Assembly: GCA_000442015.1 (NCBI GenBank)
Contig: KE560580.1
Location: 1-36,823 of the forward strand
Length of the DNA: 36,823 bases
Reading direction: 5' to 3'
Source: Rozella allomycis CSF55
Lineage: Eukaryota
A program made the position numbers and the translations under genes. How positions within the stretch are numbered: the stretch's first letter is position 1; each line of letters starts with the position of its first letter. The notes under the pieces were generated by a model. That model saw nothing but the letters and a program-made list of their open reading frames with translations. It made no database searches and was not told the origin of the DNA. Of the stretch, positions 35,037 through 36,823 are shown in pieces.

Positions 35037-35164
35037 ATTTTAATGATATCTGAATATTTTAGTGTGCTTTTATGTTATGCATAATCTTTAATAAATTCGT
35101 TCGCATAATCGCGTTGTCTTTAATCGGAAAACCCATTTATACTATAATTGGTGACTATTTAACT

Positions 35165-36223
35165 TTATTTAGTATTAGTTGATGCTAATTTTTGGTGGGT
35201 ACCCTTTGAGTTGATGCTACCATCTTTATTTTCAAAGTGCTTATCGATAAAGACACCCAATGTTATTAATTTGCTACCTATAATAGGTACTAATGTAGCT
35301 ATCTCGCGCACAGTACCAAATATTAGTAAATGACCTAAACCAAATGTTCCGACCAAGTAATACATGAAAGGAACTGCCGTGTACATACCCAAATCGTCAT
35401 ATAATATGTTAAGGATGTAATCAGTGAAAAATATAATTGTCGAAGAGTAAAGAAGACACGTTTCCAGTCCCAGCCTAAACAATATCTGGGGTTTGATGCC
35501 AGAGACCATACCAAGTTTTCCTGCGCGGGTCCTGGCTGTGAAAAGATGAAGAAAGCTGTAAGCACCGAGGAGCAAATTTGATGCTCCAAATAAAGTCATG
35601 TAACCGACTTCCACATATGAATACGGATAATTGTACACATTTGTATAACACAGTAGATTTGAATAAATATAGATAGGAGGCTCGATATCAGACGGTAGAC
35701 TAAGTTGCAAAGCGATAAGAATCAATGAAGGACAGAAAGATAGAATAGATGCAGTGAACCACATTGCTGGATGGGAAGCAAATAGATAGGAGATCGTATT
35801 CTTTAGAGTTGATTTACCACGGGATGATATCAAGCTTTGAAAAATGACAATATTACAGCAGAAGCCCATGGGAAACGAGGCCATGCTGGCGTAATGGAAG
35901 TATGTTGTAATAGTATAGCATCCCTGCTTGGTATATATCCGGTAATCAAAGCTTTTACCTAATTAAAAGATATTTGATTTCGTACCAGGATAGCCGAAAT
36001 TGTTGTTCACAAAGATAGAATAAAAGGCAGTTACTGCAGTCCCAAAGTTGATTAAAAGGATAATAATTGCCATTGTAATAGTGGTTGGTAAGATTGGCGA
36101 TGGTTTTACCCGATTCTTCCAGGATTGAAACGCTAGACGAAATGTGGCTATAAGCAGCAAAATTGCACAAATAGAAGATATGAAATGCGTCGCGCCAACT
36201 AGAATGACATACCAAAGTTCCAT
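35165..36223 (-). CDS. Orphan seven-transmembrane GPCR-like protein (343 aa)
   Basis: The 27-nt intron 35959-35985 joins two ORFs. Seven hydrophobic segments; Cys at the start of TM3 (GCY) and in ECL2 (LLCY); TM7 ends GLGHLLIFGT. Confidence 0.72.
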
Positions 36224-36413
36224 AGCAACATTATTTTATAGTTCCAGTTATTAGGGTTCTAAAAAAATTTAAAAAATTTAATAAATTTGAACTTTTTTTA
36301 AGGGAATCTTTTGAGAAGCGAATTTAAGCGAATGATGTCAATTGGAAATATCATTTTGAGGAATTTTTGGACAAGGTTAACAGGTACCAGCATTAATGAA
36401 TCATTGTTTTACT

Positions 36414-36823
36414 TTATAAATGAATTTTATTTGCTTTCAATTTAAGCCTTTTAAAGACTTCATTGTTATGAATGGTAACGGCCTCTACGCGTTTCGATTG
36501 AAAATCAAGAATTTTTAGCAACTCTTCGTAATATCTTTCATAGTATACAAAATTATGCGCCTTTGAAAGATGTTCCTCGGCTTCCATAATAATCATCTTG
36601 CTTGTTATTAGCAAACTGTGTATTCTAATGGCGTACGTGCTATATCGTGCATAATCAGTTTTTAAAAGTTCCAATAATTGAAACACTTCTCTGTTTTTTC
36701 TTTCCAGCTTGTCAATTTTTGAGGCATGAGTTGTTAATTCAAGTTGAAGCCCTGTTTTTGTCACAGTTTGGATAACATGATCTTTGGAAAGTAGATGGTT
36801 CTTGTAATTCAAGCAAAACGAGG
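36414..36823 (-). CDS. 3' part of an unknown helical/coiled-coil protein running off the window
   Basis: Open frame of more than 130 codons reaching the window edge; no recognised motif. Confidence 0.5.
   Translation of the reverse strand, partial: SFCLNYKNHLLSKDHVIQTVTKTGLQLELTTHASKIDKLERKNREVFQLLELLKTDYARYSTYAIRIHSLLITSKMIIMEAEEHLSKAHNFVYYERYYEELLKILDFQSKRVEAVTIHNNEVFKRLKLKANKIHL

Noticed and set aside
1-36823. tRNA, rRNA, CRISPR arrays, transposase or reverse transcriptase genes
   Set aside because: None recognised by eye; a covariance-model scan would be needed to exclude small RNAs formally.

Overview
This is compact, AT-rich eukaryotic nuclear DNA with about 20 tightly packed protein-coding genes. 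Most are split by very short (26-30 nt) GT-AG introns, which is why the ORF track is fragmented. Flagellar genes, fungal-type genes and tiny introns suggest an early-diverging zoosporic fungus or relative such as a Rozella-like cryptomycete (inference). Recognisable genes are UBC12, SEC24, 1-Cys peroxiredoxin, ZSWIM2, ODAD1/CCDC63, a bHLH-ZIP factor, WDR89, SVF1, an ABHD/YheT hydrolase, PSY2/SMEK, a Rim15/IRE-type AGC kinase, APC1, SARAF and an orphan 7TM receptor. Most notable: (1) a ~1960-aa protein fusing an apparently catalytically intact FEN1/XPG/Asteroid-type PIN nuclease to a DDX60-like Ski2 DExH helicase; (2) two secreted effector-like orphans, one with a degenerate USP-like fold and an NLS-like tail; (3) a hidden intron-containing P-loop NTPase pseudogene fragment; (4) a probable non-canonical GT-TG intron in ZSWIM2; (5) an APC1 lacking its N-terminal propeller; (6) recurrent G-rich to C-rich strand-skew flips across long genes; and (7) many stop-free 3n introns. 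All calls come from manual translation and motif recognition; no database searches were run.
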